A DNA stretch of 64,000 nt from the human T2T-CHM13v2.0 reference genome, Homo sapiens. The position numbers and the translations under genes are program-made. The stretch lies in assembly GCF_009914755.1 (NCBI RefSeq), contig NC_060932.1; one strand, 5' to 3'. Shown piece by piece: positions 31,301 to 50,680 of this stretch; the first letter of the stretch is position 1, and every line of letters begins with the position of its first letter. The notes under the pieces were generated by a model. The model had not been told where the DNA came from. It saw only the letters and a list, made by a program, of their open reading frames with translations, and searched no databases.

Positions 31301-32937
31301 TGAAGACACAATCTGTAGAATGAGAGAAATATTTTCTAACTATTTATCTAACAAGAAACTAACATCCAGAATATTCAAGGAACTCAAATCAACAGGAAAC
31401 AAAAGAAAAAGAGAAGAAACAATCTAATGAAAAAGTTGGCAAGGCATCTATCTGAGTAGGCATTTCTCAAAATAAGAGATACAATTGGCCTTGTTGGATG
31501 AAAACAAAATGCTCAACATCACGAATCACTAGAGAAATGCAAATCCAAACGACAATGAGATGTCATCTTACCCTGGTAAGTATGGCTACTATCAAAAAGA
31601 AGAAAAAAAAAGCAAATGCTGGCAAGGATATGGAGAAAAGGAAACTCATACTCTATTGGTGGGAATGTTAAATAATACAGCCATTATATAAAACCATATG
31701 GAAGTTTCTCAGAAAACTAAAACTAGAACTACCACACAATCCAGCAATTCAGCTATTGTGTATTTATCCAAAAGAAAGGAAATCAGTATGTCAAAGAGAT
31801 ACTTACACCTCCATGTTTATTGCAGCATTATTCACAATAGCCCACAAGTGGAATCAACATAAGTGTCCATCGATAAATGAATAAAGAAAATGTGATATAT
31901 ATGTATATATACACACACACAATAGAATGCTATTCAACCATAAAAATAAGGAAATATTGTCATTTGTGGCAACATGGATGGACTTGGAGGTAATGTTAAG
32001 TGAAATAAGTCAGGCACAGAAAGACAAATACCACTTGTTCTTAATCATATGTGGGAACTAAAAAAGTTTATGTCATGGAGGTAGTGAGTAAAATGATCAT
32101 TACTAGAGGCTGGAAAGGATGTTTGGGGGAAGAAAGGAAGACAGGTTGGTTAATGGGTGCAAACATAAAGCAAAATAGATTGGGTAAATTCTCATGTTTG
32201 ATGACACAGTAGGGTGACTATAATTATCAACAATATATTAGATATTTTATAATAGCTAGGAAAGTTGTGAAATGATCCCAAAACAAAGAAACAATAAATA
32301 TTTGATAGAATGGATATCCTGAATAACTTGAGTTGGTTATAACAATGTGTTATAACCAATATGTGTTATCAAAGTATCACATGTACTCAATAAATCTTTA
32401 CCATTATCATGCATCAATTAAAAATATAATAATTGACATTACTATTTTTCCAGACATTGAATCTGATTGGATTGGATTCCTATTACAATGCTTAGAATGA
32501 ATGATGATGGGAGCTTAAACAGTTGAATAGTTCAGTTCTTCTGCTTTTATAAAATATTTTTTAAAAGAAAAATAAAGTTTAAGATGTATTTTAATTATTC
32601 TGAATTTCAAAATGATTTTATAGTTTTGTACAATTTTGGTTGCAGTAAGAGATAAAACGTGATGTAAATGAAAATAGGATGAAATAAGGGTAAAATTGGT
32701 AGAATATGAAATAAAGAGCAAAACAATAAATGAGAGGAATTTTAGAGATAAATGCTAGAAATAAACACAATATTCATATATTATGATTATTAGAGAAGAA
32801 ACAAGAGAATTATCTTTGTGAATTCCATTTTTTGTTTATTTTTAATTTTGGACAGAAAGAAATGATGCATATAAATTAATATTTTTTACCAAAGGGTGAT
32901 AGAATAATATTTAAAAATAAAATGGCAAAAATAATAT

Positions 32938-37179
<4,242 letters not shown>

Positions 37180-38389
37180 AAAAATAATATTTTTAAATTT
37201 AGAATCCCTCTTACAGAATTGTGTTATCTGTATCTCTTTCTGCTTTTTGTTTTTCTGTTAATATAAATTTTGTTTTGTTTGAAAATATTATCACATGGGA
37301 AGGATTACTGCGGTTATAAACCGTAAAAACAAAAAACTAATATTTCACTCTTTTTTTACACATTCCTAAACAGTTCTAATATTTTAATTTAAAGTCCCAC
37401 ATGCATGAGCTCTGAATTCATGAGAATTATGTCCTTTTGTGGAAGTTGAGAAAAATATGACTTAAAGATTGCCTTCTCTTCTGGGCCCACAATCTTCACC
37501 TCTTCAGTTTCTCTTACTTGTCTTTCAATTATTTGGCCTATTGAGAGTGATTAATAAATATGTTATCTTGCTTTCTCTGTTTTTAGGCTATTTAAATTAT
37601 TCCACTTTTTTAGTATTATGGCTTTCATTCATTCTTAATATGAAATAGTTTTTTTCTCTTTATAATCAATCCAAAACTATTTCTCAATATATTTGAATGC
37701 TTTTCAGAGAAAAAAAATGTAGATGGTAAAATGCATCTCTACATTTCTGTCTGTATAATGTTTTGATCATTTTAAATAGGAGAGCTTCATGTGGAAATTT
37801 GTATTGAACATTACTATCTAGAATCAAATGGTCGTCTAAGAACGCTGCCATCTTGTGGTTAGTCTCTTAAAATATTTTTTCATATCTGCATGGGCTGCAC
37901 ACTTTTAGGTAGGTAGGTCATTACCAGTAAACACCAATTTTACTCTTAAATGATAAAGGATATTTGAATTTTTTATTGAATTAGCTCATTACTCATTAGG
38001 AGTTTGAAAATTTCTATGCCAAAAAGAGTAACAAAGGCTAAGATACATATTCTTCGGGACAAAGCTAGTTTTTAAAATACGGTGCAAACAGAATACACCC
38101 CTATGTATATCTAAAAATGACAACACTAGTAGATTTGTACCATGCACATAATAATAATAATAGATAATGTTAACTTAGTGTTTACTGTTTATAAAACTGT
38201 TTTAAGTTCTTAATATCCATTAACTCACATAATCCTCAACTACCTTAGTAATGTAATTACCTCTCCCTCACACATGCACAATTATGTTAATACAGCATTA
38301 TCTATTTTATATATGATATTTATATGTTATCATTAAACAATATGGCCATTCTTTCTTAAAAATACATACATACATATAACATGTGTGAA

Positions 38390-38470
38390 AATAATTGTAT
38401 TTGTAATAACTTGGCAATTTGTAATAATTTGGTAATAATTGTAATAACCTGGTAATAATTTAAATAATAT
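38390..38470. repeat. Degenerate ~10-11-bp tandem repeat (gtaataa(t/c)(t/c)tg)
   Basis: Seen directly. Confidence 0.7.
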
Positions 38471-38612
38471 CAAAATGGACAATATTTTTTCCACCCTTGT
38501 TCTTTAGATTCTCTTCTCAAAAATGACCCTTCTTACAATTTCTTGGTATGCTTCCAGATAAATTAATGTATATTCAGATTAGCACACACGAATTTACTTT
38601 AAAAAAAATACT

Positions 38613-38762
38613 GACCTTCACTTTCTAGCTGTGTGACTTGGGCTATGTATCTAGTATTTCTTTGCCTCAGCTTCCTTTTCTTCAAGAAGAGATTAATAGT
38701 ATTACCTACCTCATAGGGTTATTGGTAGAATTAAATTTAAATAATTCATAAAGAGTTAAGTT
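38613..38762 (+). mobile_element. MIR
   Basis: ctagctgtgtgacttggg...gcctcagcttcc...tacctacctcatagggttatt...gaattaaat. Confidence 0.8.
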
Positions 38763-41138
38763 CTAGACTTATTTTTCTGGCATTTTATTACATTCTTAAA
38801 TTAATAGATACATTTATGATATTATTGGCATCATTATTACTATTAATATTATTACTACTACTATAGTGATAGAAAAGAAATTTCAAGTAACTTTCTCACA
38901 TCAACCCACTAGGGGAAGCACATTATAGAACTCTGTATTTTATTAAACGGGCTTCTTTCCACGTAGGTGCAATTATCAATCATATCACAGGGTACTTTTA
39001 CTTATATTAATTTCTTCTGAAAGATTGTTATTAGTAAATTACTTCTATAAACTGGGGTACAGCAAAGTTTGAACATTGTTATAAATATTTTCTCCAACTA
39101 TATAGTTAAAAATGTTTATTTTGTGTCAATGATACAACAGATTTGATTTCAAAGTTGTATATATTTCAAATCATAAAACTATTGATTTTAGATTATTATT
39201 TTAAATTGTAGTGTCTATGTTTTTTATTACTATTACACCATTTTAAATTTTATTTTACATTCTAATTCTTTTAAAACTAAGAAAAAGATTTTGAAGGTAC
39301 AATGATGCTCTTCTTTTTATGAATGTAAAATGTATCAAAGGTAAATTACTCATTACATAAAATCATAAAATAGATTTTTGACAATCTTCTTTATTGTAGT
39401 CCTACCTATCTCTAATTTTTATGAGGTGTTTTTATTTCTGATGTCAGCAAATGTGTCATTGCATCTTCCCTAAAGTCTCAACAGGGATGACAGAGCCTGC
39501 CAAGAGATCACATTAATTTCCGGGAATCAAATCAAGGTCTTTCTAAGGTTATCAGGAATTGCTAACAACCAGAAAATGTTGCAGTGTCCATCTGTATGTC
39601 TGAGCTTCTGATTTAAAATCAGTCTTCTTTATATAGTATTATGACACTTATAATTCACCAATCAAAGCAACCTTCTGATTACATCTTCTAGCATATTTTT
39701 ACTATACACATTTTAATGTGTATAATTATTTTGCAACTTGGGCGTTAAACAGAGACACTCAAGTTATGTAATTTCCACATGCATTTGAATAGTTAATGTT
39801 AAATGTTTAATGATATCCCTTGGAATAGAAAGAAAAAAAAAACAAAGAGCTTATTCTTTTCAAATATTTGCAAGACAATTATGGAACTAATTCACTTCCC
39901 TGAACTTTAGCTTTCTCATCTGTGTCCTGTGCAGTGACTTCACATAAGCTTAGTAACAAAGCAGTACTAAACAATAAAATATATTCATACAATTTTATTC
40001 ACAAAGGCAAAATACAGTTTTCAAATATAGTTTATAATAGTATTTTTACCTTTCACAAAGAGAGGAAACTTTGCAGATAAACATATATATATTTCCAAAG
40101 GAAAGTGTTTTGTGGGTTAGTAGCTTTGATTCAATTTTTAAAAATTGCCAAACTACTGTGAAAATTTATCTATTTGGCATACTTTCCCATCCTACCCATT
40201 TGTAGATATTTTCTATATAAAATTATTATAAAATAAAATGTTGTAAAATGTGGACTTTGATGTATATGTTCATATTTATTATCAGGATTCTGTTTCGACA
40301 GACTTTTATTATACTGGAAGTTGATTATTCCTCAGGATATTTGCAAAGATAATGAACGACCATACACACACCATATATTCTTTAGAGTTGAAATAAATAT
40401 CACGCCTCATTCATGCCAGATCTCCTTGAAATGATTCAGCAGCTCTGTAAGAAAATTGTCTCTCAACTGGCTCTCGCTGATAATCAGGGCTTTCTACTGA
40501 ACACTTCTGCAGGGTATAAGGCATTCTATTTGTTCTCAACAATTCACTGGGAAAAGCAAAAACCAATGGATGTCTGCTCATAAAGTGATGGAGTTCTGAT
40601 ATTTTGAAAAAAAAGCAAGTCAAGCCATCATGAGAAAAAAAAGAAATAAAATATAGTAGACATATTTGAGCTGTTGTATACATAATCTTTTTTTTATTCC
40701 TGATTACAATGTTTTATGGTTATTTAATTATCATATTTCAAGTGATTGAAAATGATGAATACTGAAACTATAATAACTTTTGTCAAGTGAGGAGATATAT
40801 TTAGCAATAAATTTCTACATTCCTTTTTGAGGTGAATATTTTGGGAAATTAAAGTGACTTGTAAAGTGATCTATGAAAATATGTTGTATGTGGAGATAAA
40901 CATTTGGCATCCTAATTCTATTAGTCATCTGATTTATTCATTGAACAAGTCATATCTAAGATTATTTCTTCTGCAGGGTACTTGACAGTACAAAGTACGT
41001 GGCATAAAGTTAAACTCGCTTCTTTCTCATTATTCATTTGTAAGTTCAATTATGAAACTAAGCTGTTTGAATGATGCCATATATGTGACATATCTTTCTG
41101 AAGCGGTTTGCCTCTTGATAACAATAGTGAACCAGTTA

Positions 41139-41534
<396 letters not shown>

Positions 41535-41606
41535 TCAAAGGGACTGCCTTGACTGTTAAGATCATGTTAGGCTTTAGCTGTAATTTTTCTATCAAAATGA
41601 GAATAC

Positions 41607-41653
41607 CACTGGAACCAGGGAGGTGGAGGTTGCAGTGAGCAGAGATCCCACCA

Positions 41654-41689
<36 letters not shown>
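41607..41689 (+). mobile_element. Short Alu right-arm fragment followed by A35
   Basis: cactggaaccagggaggtggaggttgcagtgagcagagatcccaccac followed by 35 A (41655-41689). Confidence 0.8.
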
Positions 41690-41690
<1 letters not shown>

Positions 41691-43650
41691 AGAGAATATC
41701 GCACATCTTGGAACAGATATTCTTATATAAGCATGAAAAATGGTTACCTGACTCTCATATTTATAGAGAAAAAGTGTTCTAAAATAAACAACCATGAGAA
41801 TGTATCTGTACATGTGTTTTAATGATGATGAAAATTGAACGCCAAAACCATTTTCAAAGAATTGTAGGAAATTCTAGGCATATCTTATTTCAGTCATTTC
41901 TCCCTTCATTTGCTGTATCCTTTGAATTCCCCAAAAAAAATGAATGTGAGCATGACCTTGTCATAACACAAGGGATGCTCACAGCCACAAGTGCATTCAT
42001 AAAATCTAAATGGTACCTTAATTATCAGAGAATAAATAATTGGTCAAGAATTTGAAGTCTGTTTACTCTTTAGGATGTTTTAACTTTTGCTTATTTTACA
42101 TACCTACACCTAGCAAGCCCTAAAATCTAGTGCTAGTTGGGTTATATTGTTACATAATATTAAAGAGTTTGCTGCAGCAGGATTTCTTTTAACTATAAAA
42201 CAAAGAAGATCCTGTTGATTAATTCCAAAGCAAAATAACTCATGAAAACACCAATAAGTAATAAATTGAGTAATAAATTTCAGACTAAATTCTTCAGATG
42301 CACACAATTTAATATAATAAAATATTTAGTCAATATGTACCTCACATTATGAGCACACATGTCCATTATAAGGCAATATTATTTATTATAATTATCCAAT
42401 ACTATGTTTTAAGGAGCAATTTTATCAAATAACATCACATATGATTTTTGTTTATTTCACATTTACTTCAGGATTTATTTTTTCTGTTGTTGCAGTTCTT
42501 TACTGATCTCTTTAGTGAAAGAAAATTGATAGTACTTATTTCTTGAATTTCAATTATTTATAATTCTCTCTGTGTCAAAATCCTAGCTACTTACAATTGG
42601 TAATTTAGATACTTTAAATATTGTGAATCCTCTGTATCTAATTTCCTTAGTTCAGTGATCAGGTTTTCAATTAGCACCTCTGTGTAATAAGAACTACTGG
42701 AAATTGAATCAGATTAATTGCTATAGGCTCCAATTTACAAATACTAGGAAGTATTAAAATTAACAACAGTTATTAAACTTATGTACAAAGGCATTTGGAG
42801 GCAAAACTAAATTGTCAAAATATTTAAACAATTGAATTATTATGGAAACAAAGAATTTCAGATAACAAATTACCTTTGTATACATATAATGTCACTTGAT
42901 TTTTTTTCATTAAATAAATAGATATCAAGAAAGATAAGGTAGGTGATTTGGTTCCTCTCTCAAGATTTTATTCACTATATGTTATGGAGCAGGAAAAATT
43001 TATCTAAGGAAAATGAATGGCTTGAAAATATACTATACAAATACCCATCTGGTGTGTTATTTAACATATAAATAATGGCTGGGATAGAAAAGAAACATAA
43101 TATTTTCAAAAGTTTAGCAACTTATAAAGCTAAAGTAGTCTAGACTGTGGTATTAGTAAAAAATATGGTGATCAATGGAACAGAGTAGAGGGCCCAGAAA
43201 TATACCTACATAAATATAGTCAACTGATTGACAACGGAGAAAAGGCAATACAATGGAGAAAAAATAGTCTTTCAACAAATGGTGTTGACAAAACTGGATA
43301 TCCACATACAAAAAGTTAATCTAGTCAAGGATCCCAGCCTTTCATAATAATTTACTCAAAATGGTTCACAGATTTAATTTTAAATTCAAAACTATAAAAC
43401 TACAAATATAACATAGGAGAAAATCTAGGTGACTTTGCTTTGGTGATGACATTTTAGATGCAACACCAAAGACATAATTCATGAAATAAGTAATTGATAA
43501 GTAGATTACATTAAAATTATTATTATTATTATTATTATTGCAAAAGCCAATGCCAAGACAATGAGTACACAAGCCATAGACCAGGAGAAAATATTTGAAA
43601 AGATACATCCGACAAAAAAAAAAATATCCAAAATATTCAGAAAACTCTTA

Positions 43651-44067
<417 letters not shown>

Positions 44068-44081
44068 CTATAGTCATGCTC

Positions 44082-44429
44082 TGCTTTAGAACTTTTGGGG
44101 TGCTGTAATAAAATAGACTGGGCAACTTATAAACAACAGAAGTTTATTGCTCACAGTTCTGGAAATTTGAAAGGCCAAGATCAAGTTACCAGCAGACTTG
44201 ATGTCTGGTAAGGGCTCATATCTCATAGATAGCACCTCTTGCTATGTCCTCACATGGCAGAAGGGCAAGGAAGCTCCCTTCAATGTCTTTTGCAAGGGTG
44301 CTAATCTCATTCAAGTAGGTTCCACCCTCATTATCATAATCATCTCTTTAAAACTACACCTCTTGCTACTATTACACTGGTGATTAAGTTTCAACCTGTG
44401 AATGGTAGGGACACATTCAGACTAAAGTA
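44082..44429 (-). mobile_element. MLT1A-type MaLR solo LTR
   Basis: agactgggcaacttataaacaacagaagtttattgctcacagttctgga...ccaagatcaag...gggacacattcagac. Confidence 0.85.
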
Positions 44430-45544
44430 TGTATGTATTCAAAGGATTTTAAAAACTTATCTCTACACAAAAAACTCTACACTGATATTATTAGAAGCTT
44501 TACTCATAATTGCTGACAATTCAAGGCATCTAAGATGTCCAAGATTTCCTTCAGTAGGTGAATGAATAATCTGCAGTATATCTAGGTAATGGAATAATAT
44601 TCAATGCTAAAAAGGAATGAGCTATCAAGTTGTGAAAAGATAGGGAAAAAACTTAAATGCATGTTACTAAGTAAAAGGAGCCAAACTGAAAAGGCTACAT
44701 ACTGTATGATTCTAAACATATGATATTCTGGAAAAGGCAAAACTATGAAAATAGTAAAAATATCAATAGCTGCCAGTGCTCAGGGAAAGGAAACAATGAA
44801 CAGGCAAAGAACAGAGGACTTTTGGGGCAATGGGGACTGTCATATATTATAATGGCGGATATATGTGATTTTACGTTTGTCCATTTTCACAGAATAAACA
44901 AAAGCAAAAGTGAACCCTGTTGTAAACTATGGACTGTAGGGAATAATGACAAGTATTGCAGGATCATAAATTGTAACAAATCTACCACTCTGGTAGGAGA
45001 TGTTGATAATGAGGGAGGATATGCATGTGTGGGAGCAGGGAGTATAAGGGATATCTCTCTATATTCTTCTCAATTTTGTTGTAAACATAAAACTATTCTA
45101 AAAAATTGTCTTAAAAACACTTAGCAACTAATATATAAATATTTAACCTTCATGTATAGAAATGTAAATATATTAACTAAAGGGAAAACGCATTGTTTAA
45201 TTAAGTAATAAAAAAGAAACCCATAACAATTTACACTGAGGTATATAAATATCATTTGAATATCAGTCCTCTATTATTATCTATTATCATCTTGCTAGAT
45301 TTATTTACATAGATAATGTAGGCATACGTCATATGTCCATGTGATATGTGCTTGTACATATGTATATGTACTTGTATGTACTTTTGTGCAATATAGACTA
45401 ACAAGAAAAGTAGAAAGTATTTTTAATGCAATATGTAGCTGCAAATTTTTAATCTTATACATATCTGATGTAAAATTTTTTAGAACTTATATAAGAACTT
45501 CTTATATGCCTTTGTCAACATGAATTGTTATTGTAGTAAAATCA

Positions 45545-45737
45545 CTAGGAAACATTTCTCTAGTACTCACTGTGTGCCAGACCCACTTTTCAGTGCTCCA
45601 AATCTGTTAGCTCATTCATTTTTTACTGTAAAACTATGAAGTAGTATATTTCATCAATATAGTGCCAAATAAAAAAACAATGCAGGTAAGTTAAGTAGCT
45701 TTCTCACTTACTTGGCTACTACATGGCAGAAGCTGTG
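45545..45737 (-). mobile_element. MIR relic
   Basis: tactcactgtgtgccag...ctcatt...gttaagtagc...tggcagaagctg. Confidence 0.65.
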
Positions 45738-45926
45738 TTTACTAACTATATTCTGCCAAGTAAAGCACAACTTCATCTAACGGTAGAAATAAAATTGTTC
45801 TTCATTTATACAGCTTTAATAAGCAACAGAAACAATAAAAAGGGAATGTAGTTAATTGCAATAATGATTGTTACTTAATAAACATAATGCTCAAATGTAT
45901 AAGATTCAAAATAAACCCTCTGTAAA

Positions 45927-45978
45927 TGAAAATAAATAAAAATAAAAATAAAAATAAAAATGAAAACAAAAATGAAAA
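45927..45978. repeat. A-rich (AAAAAT)n low-complexity repeat
   Basis: Seen directly. Confidence 0.8.
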
Positions 45979-47179
45979 GGGACAGTGTTGAAATTGTAAC
46001 TTTGTCAATGTTGATGAATTTAATTTCATGTCTTGGTATTTGATTTAGATTGAAGTTATGTCATTATATCAAATTACCATAGACATATTTTTGATTCAGC
46101 AAATGCTAGAAAATTATTCACATTACTATTAATTCATCTATATGTTTGATTAATAAAATACCATATAATTTTAAAACAATAATGATATGGAACACTTAAT
46201 TTTTTTCCCTGCAGGAGTCAGATTAAAATACTCTTAAAATGAATTTTTCCAGGCTAGTGATAAAAAAATCAGAAAGTATTCACTTAAGTGGAAGGACTAT
46301 ATCACTAAAATGTATTTGCGGATCAAGTTAAGAATATTTTTTCCAAGTTTTATTTACTTTCAAGCTCCTGGTTTATTTAATAATATGAAGGGCACACAGG
46401 CTTTCTCAGTTCAGTTAGATGTCATCGGTGTGTTTGTATTGTATCTTCTAAAACAGAATTGACCATTTGACCATGCACCTTGTTCCGAAACATTAGCTAC
46501 CTCTTTTTCACCAATATTAATTTATATTATAGTATATGTTCAGGACTTTCTTAAGCCTTAGGTTGTAGCAAAAAATTCTATGTGCTCAAAGAGCTGACAC
46601 TACCTTGGAAAAGAACAGTCATCCACAACTGCCAGAACAATGTGTGTTCTGTAAGATTTATGTGTACAGTGTTGTGGAAGCAAGAGGAGAGATAAGTTGA
46701 ATGTGGAATACTTAGGAAAAATATATCCACTACATCTGAAACTACAAATATAAACATAAGCATTTCCATTTAAGGAGGTGAAAAGTTATTAGCCAGAAAT
46801 TACAGCATGCTCAAAGGCAAAAGTTATAAGAATATTGTAGGTATGGGGAAGAGTAAGACATATTATATGAGAGTAGTAAGTTTTATGATCTATTTCAAAT
46901 TGCTTAGTACTCTCAGTCTTTGTTTCCTCATTTATATAATTATATAATAATTCCTTAGTTTATTTTTGATGAGTATGAATAAAAATGTACCTATAGCATA
47001 TGACCTGAATCAATATATGTCAGTTGTACTTCCTACCGTTATAATATGTTCCAAGTAATACTTATCTAAAGAGGAAAATGCAAAAATAGATATAATCTTT
47101 GTACTTTATCAACTTAAATTCTATTATAGACATCTTGATTATTATTCATGTTTATGTAGATTGACATAAATGTTGTGAT

Positions 47180-47707
47180 GTAAGTTGACCAAAGTGGTGT
47201 TGATGTTCCCTTCACCTTGGCTAATCATTAAATGGGCTTCTTACTGATTCTATACCTTTATCTTCCTTTCCTTAGATCATTTACTTTAAAAAACTTGTAT
47301 TTTTGTTCTCTGGCCCATTTGATTTGTTACCTATTTCACAGCCCAGAAATGACTCGGCCAAGACATGATAGCCATCTCTTTAAATTGTAATTATCAACTG
47401 AGAGAGTGCCCTTAGCTCCCAGTTTCTGTGAGAGGATAGAAGCCTAATTTCCACAAGCACCTTGCTCCAAGTTGCAAAATTAACCCATCATGAAGATAGG
47501 AGATATTTACTTTTTCTTGGATAAAGCCAATTAGGAAATATGCATGACCTAGGATCCACCATCCCAGTTCTAAATGCACATGCCAGCCCATTCTTTCAGC
47601 AGAGTTGAATTCAGACTAAGCTCTGGTTCTTCTACCTCATTGAAGTAGCCCTGAATAAAGTCATTCTTGCCTGCTTAACTCTGTCCAGTACAATTTTTGT
47701 TTTAACA
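47180..47707 (+). mobile_element. ERV1-class solo LTR (MER67-like; subfamily uncertain)
   Basis: TG...CA-bounded ~530 bp; catttactttaaaaaacttg, ctcccagtttctgtg..aggatagaagcctaatttc, and AATAAA followed by gtc...cttgcctgcttaact near the 3' end. Confidence 0.65.
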
Positions 47708-48581
47708 AAATAAATTGAGCATTACCATTTATAGACAAAATCAACTAGCACATACAATTAGAAAATGAGATAAATGAAGATGCATGTTATCAATTCATAG
47801 AAATAAATATTGGGAGAAATAGCTAAAAATTTAAATTCATTGTCATTAGAGAGAATAATTACAAAATGGGTAAATTTGGAGCATGGGACACAAAATAAAT
47901 TGTTATGATAAGCCTTGTAGTAGTATTTTTATTTATAAGTAATAAACATATTTTACAGGTTGAAATTTTTTAATTAAATTTTAAAGACACCAAAGCAAAA
48001 AAAAGAATAGTTAATAAAGCACTCAGGAAATTAGATTAAAGTAACTTAGCATCTATTAAATCATGGTTAAATTTGCATAACACATTTTTTTTTGCTTACT
48101 AGTGCTTCCCTGTACATAATTTCAAATTGATGCTTCTTTAAAAAGTCCCAATAGTAACAATGGCAGCAATTATAATATTGTGCATGCTATACTGCTTTTC
48201 ATTTTTCAAAGTGCATTCACATAAATTATTATTGTAATTACATTATCTCCTTCTCTAAGCTAGCAAAACAGACACACTTTTACGAAAGAGAGAAAGAGAA
48301 AATGATATTCCTATATGTTAAGGAGGCCACCTTTTCTTCACTGTACTGCAGAGTCACTGGTGGAAAAACCCAAATGTGTGGGTCTGTTCCTCTGTTTTAT
48401 ACTGTTTCACTGGTTTGTCTTGGCACTGGTACCATATCACTCTCATCAATGACGCTGTATAATAATGCATGATATCTCGAATATCCAACCTTCTTTTAAA
48501 AGAGAGTTTAAATTATTCTTATTGCTTTTATTACAGTCTAAAATTTAAATTCAGTCTGTTAGTTTAAAAAATCTTCTGAAG

Positions 48582-49858
48582 TTGTTGGGTAGAATGATCT
48601 GTAAATGTTTGTTAGGTTGATTTTGTCTAAAGTTCAATTCAAGCCTAGTGTTTCTTTGACAGTTTTATGTCTTGATAATCTGCTAGTTCATGAGTGGGAT
48701 ATTGAAGTCTCCCATTATCATTGCATTGCTGTCTATCTCTTTCTTTAGGTCTAGTAATATTTGGTTTATGAATCTTGGGTGCTCCAGTGTTGGGTGCATA
48801 TGTATTTCATACTGTTATATTCTCTCATGGGTTGATCTCTTTATTATTATGCAGTGACTTCACTTGTCTTTTTATAAATTTTTTTAAGTCTGTTTTATCT
48901 GATATAAGTATAGCTACTTCTGCTTGCTTTTGGTTCCTATTTTCATGAAATATTTTTTTCCTTTATCTTTAGTCTAAGTGTTACTGATAAGTTGAATTTC
49001 TGTAAGCAGCATATAGTTGGTTCACGTTTTTTAAATCCATTCTGTGAATCTATATCTTTTAACTGTAACATTTAATCCATTTATATTAAAGGTTAATATT
49101 GATATGTAAGGTTTTGTTTCTGTCATAATGTTTATGATTATCTACTTGTTTTAGGGATTCTTTGATCCTTTTTTTCTCTGTGTGTTTGTCTTTGTGGTTT
49201 GGTGGTGCTCTGTCATGTTGCCATTTATTTATTTCTCTTCCTCCTTTGCATGACTGTTGTTTAAAACCTGTGGGTTTTATACTTTTTTGTGTTTTTACAG
49301 TGGCAAAAGTTGATCTGTCATGAATGTGTTTATAACTCCTATGTACATTTCTTGTGGGGCTGGACAAGTGGTGACAAATTCCCTAAGAGTTAGCTTTTCT
49401 AAGAAAGGTTATTTCTTCTTCATTTTTGAAGCTTATCCTGGAAAAATTTGAAATTTGTGGCCGAAAGTTTTTGTTTTTCCTCAAGTTCTCTAAAAACAGT
49501 ATCCCAATCACTTCTGTCTTGTAAAGTTTCTGCTGAGAAGCCTGTTGCTTGTCTCATAGGGTTGCCTTTTTGGTGATTAGAACCTTTTCCATTGCTGATT
49601 CTAGGATTTTTTTTTAGGTTGACTTTAGATATATAAACTCTATATGTCATGGTGAAGTCTGCCTTGCAATGTATAACAGTGGTATTCATTGAGCCTTTTG
49701 TATCTGGATGTTTAATCTCTTGCAAGACTACTGAATTTTCATCAATTGTTTTGTAAATAGATTTGCTAAACTTTTTGCTCTTGCTTCTTCCTCAGGAATA
49801 TTGGTGATTTACAAATTTGGGTTTATTTTGTAGTTATATACTTCATAAAGGCTTTGTG
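48582..49858 (-). mobile_element. L1MA ORF1 3' region plus endonuclease region (inverted part)
   Basis: gggtgctccagtgttgggtgcatatgtattt and aagtctgttttatctgatataag (endonuclease); gtttctgctgagaagcctgttg (ORF1; ORF 49420-49725 ...GFSAETLQ...W..FREL). Confidence 0.85.
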
Positions 49859-50680
49859 CCAATGCACGTATAAAAATGCTTAACATCACTCATCAATAGA
49901 GAAGTGAAAAGTAAAACTACAATGAGATATCACTTTATGTTGAACAGAATGCCTACTATTAAAAGTCAAAAATGACATGTTGGTGAGAATGTGAAGAAAA
50001 GGGAATGGTTATAAACTGTCGGTGAAAAAAATAAACTGTTGGTGAGAATGTAAATTAGTATAATTTCTATGAAAAACACTATGGAAATATTTCTAAGAAC
50101 TAAAAGTAGAACTTCCATTCAATCCAGTAATCCCATTATTGTTTATCTACCTCCCCAAAAGATAAATCATTACATGAAAAGACACCTGCACCTGTATATT
50201 TATTGCAGCACTATTAGCAACAGCAAACTCATGGAATTAACCTAAGTATCTATCAGTGGAGGACTGGGTAAAAAAAAAATTATATGTGTGTGTACACAGA
50301 CACGCATATACACAATGGAATTCTATTCACCCATGAAAAAAACTAAGTCATGCCATTTGAAGCAACACACGTGATATTAGAGGCTATAGTCTTAACTAAA
50401 ACAACTCAGAAAAAGGTCAAATACCACCTTTCCTCACTTATAAGTGAAAGCTAAATAATGTTTACACCTGGATATAGAATGTAGAATAACAGACACTGAA
50501 GAGTTGAAAGTGTGTGAGGGTGGTACCTGGGGGTGGGCTGAAAAATTACTTAATGGGTACCATCCACGTTATTTAGGTGATAGTTACACTAAAAGCCCAG
50601 ACTCCACCACTATGTAATATATCCACATAACAAAACTGTACATAAACCCCTTAAGTTTATACAAATAAAAAAATTAAAAC
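49859..50680 (+). mobile_element. L1MA4-like 3' end
   Basis: aatgcttaacatcact...; 3'UTR aattacttaatgggtac...cactaaaagcccagactccaccact...ttatacaaataaaa. Confidence 0.85.

Larger units (their letters stand above)
25745..32425 (+). mobile_element. Old near-full-length L1MA (L1M2-type 5' end, L1MA6-8-like 3' end), split by a nested L1PB and lacking the RT region
   Basis: C-rich L1M 5'UTR at 25745-26450; ORF1 remnant from about 28385; endonuclease remnant (ORF 29773-29961 ...ILNIWALKIGTPRYIKQIL...IVVDFNPSLSALDRSSRQ); ORF2 3' region and 3'UTR to about 32425. Confidence 0.8.
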
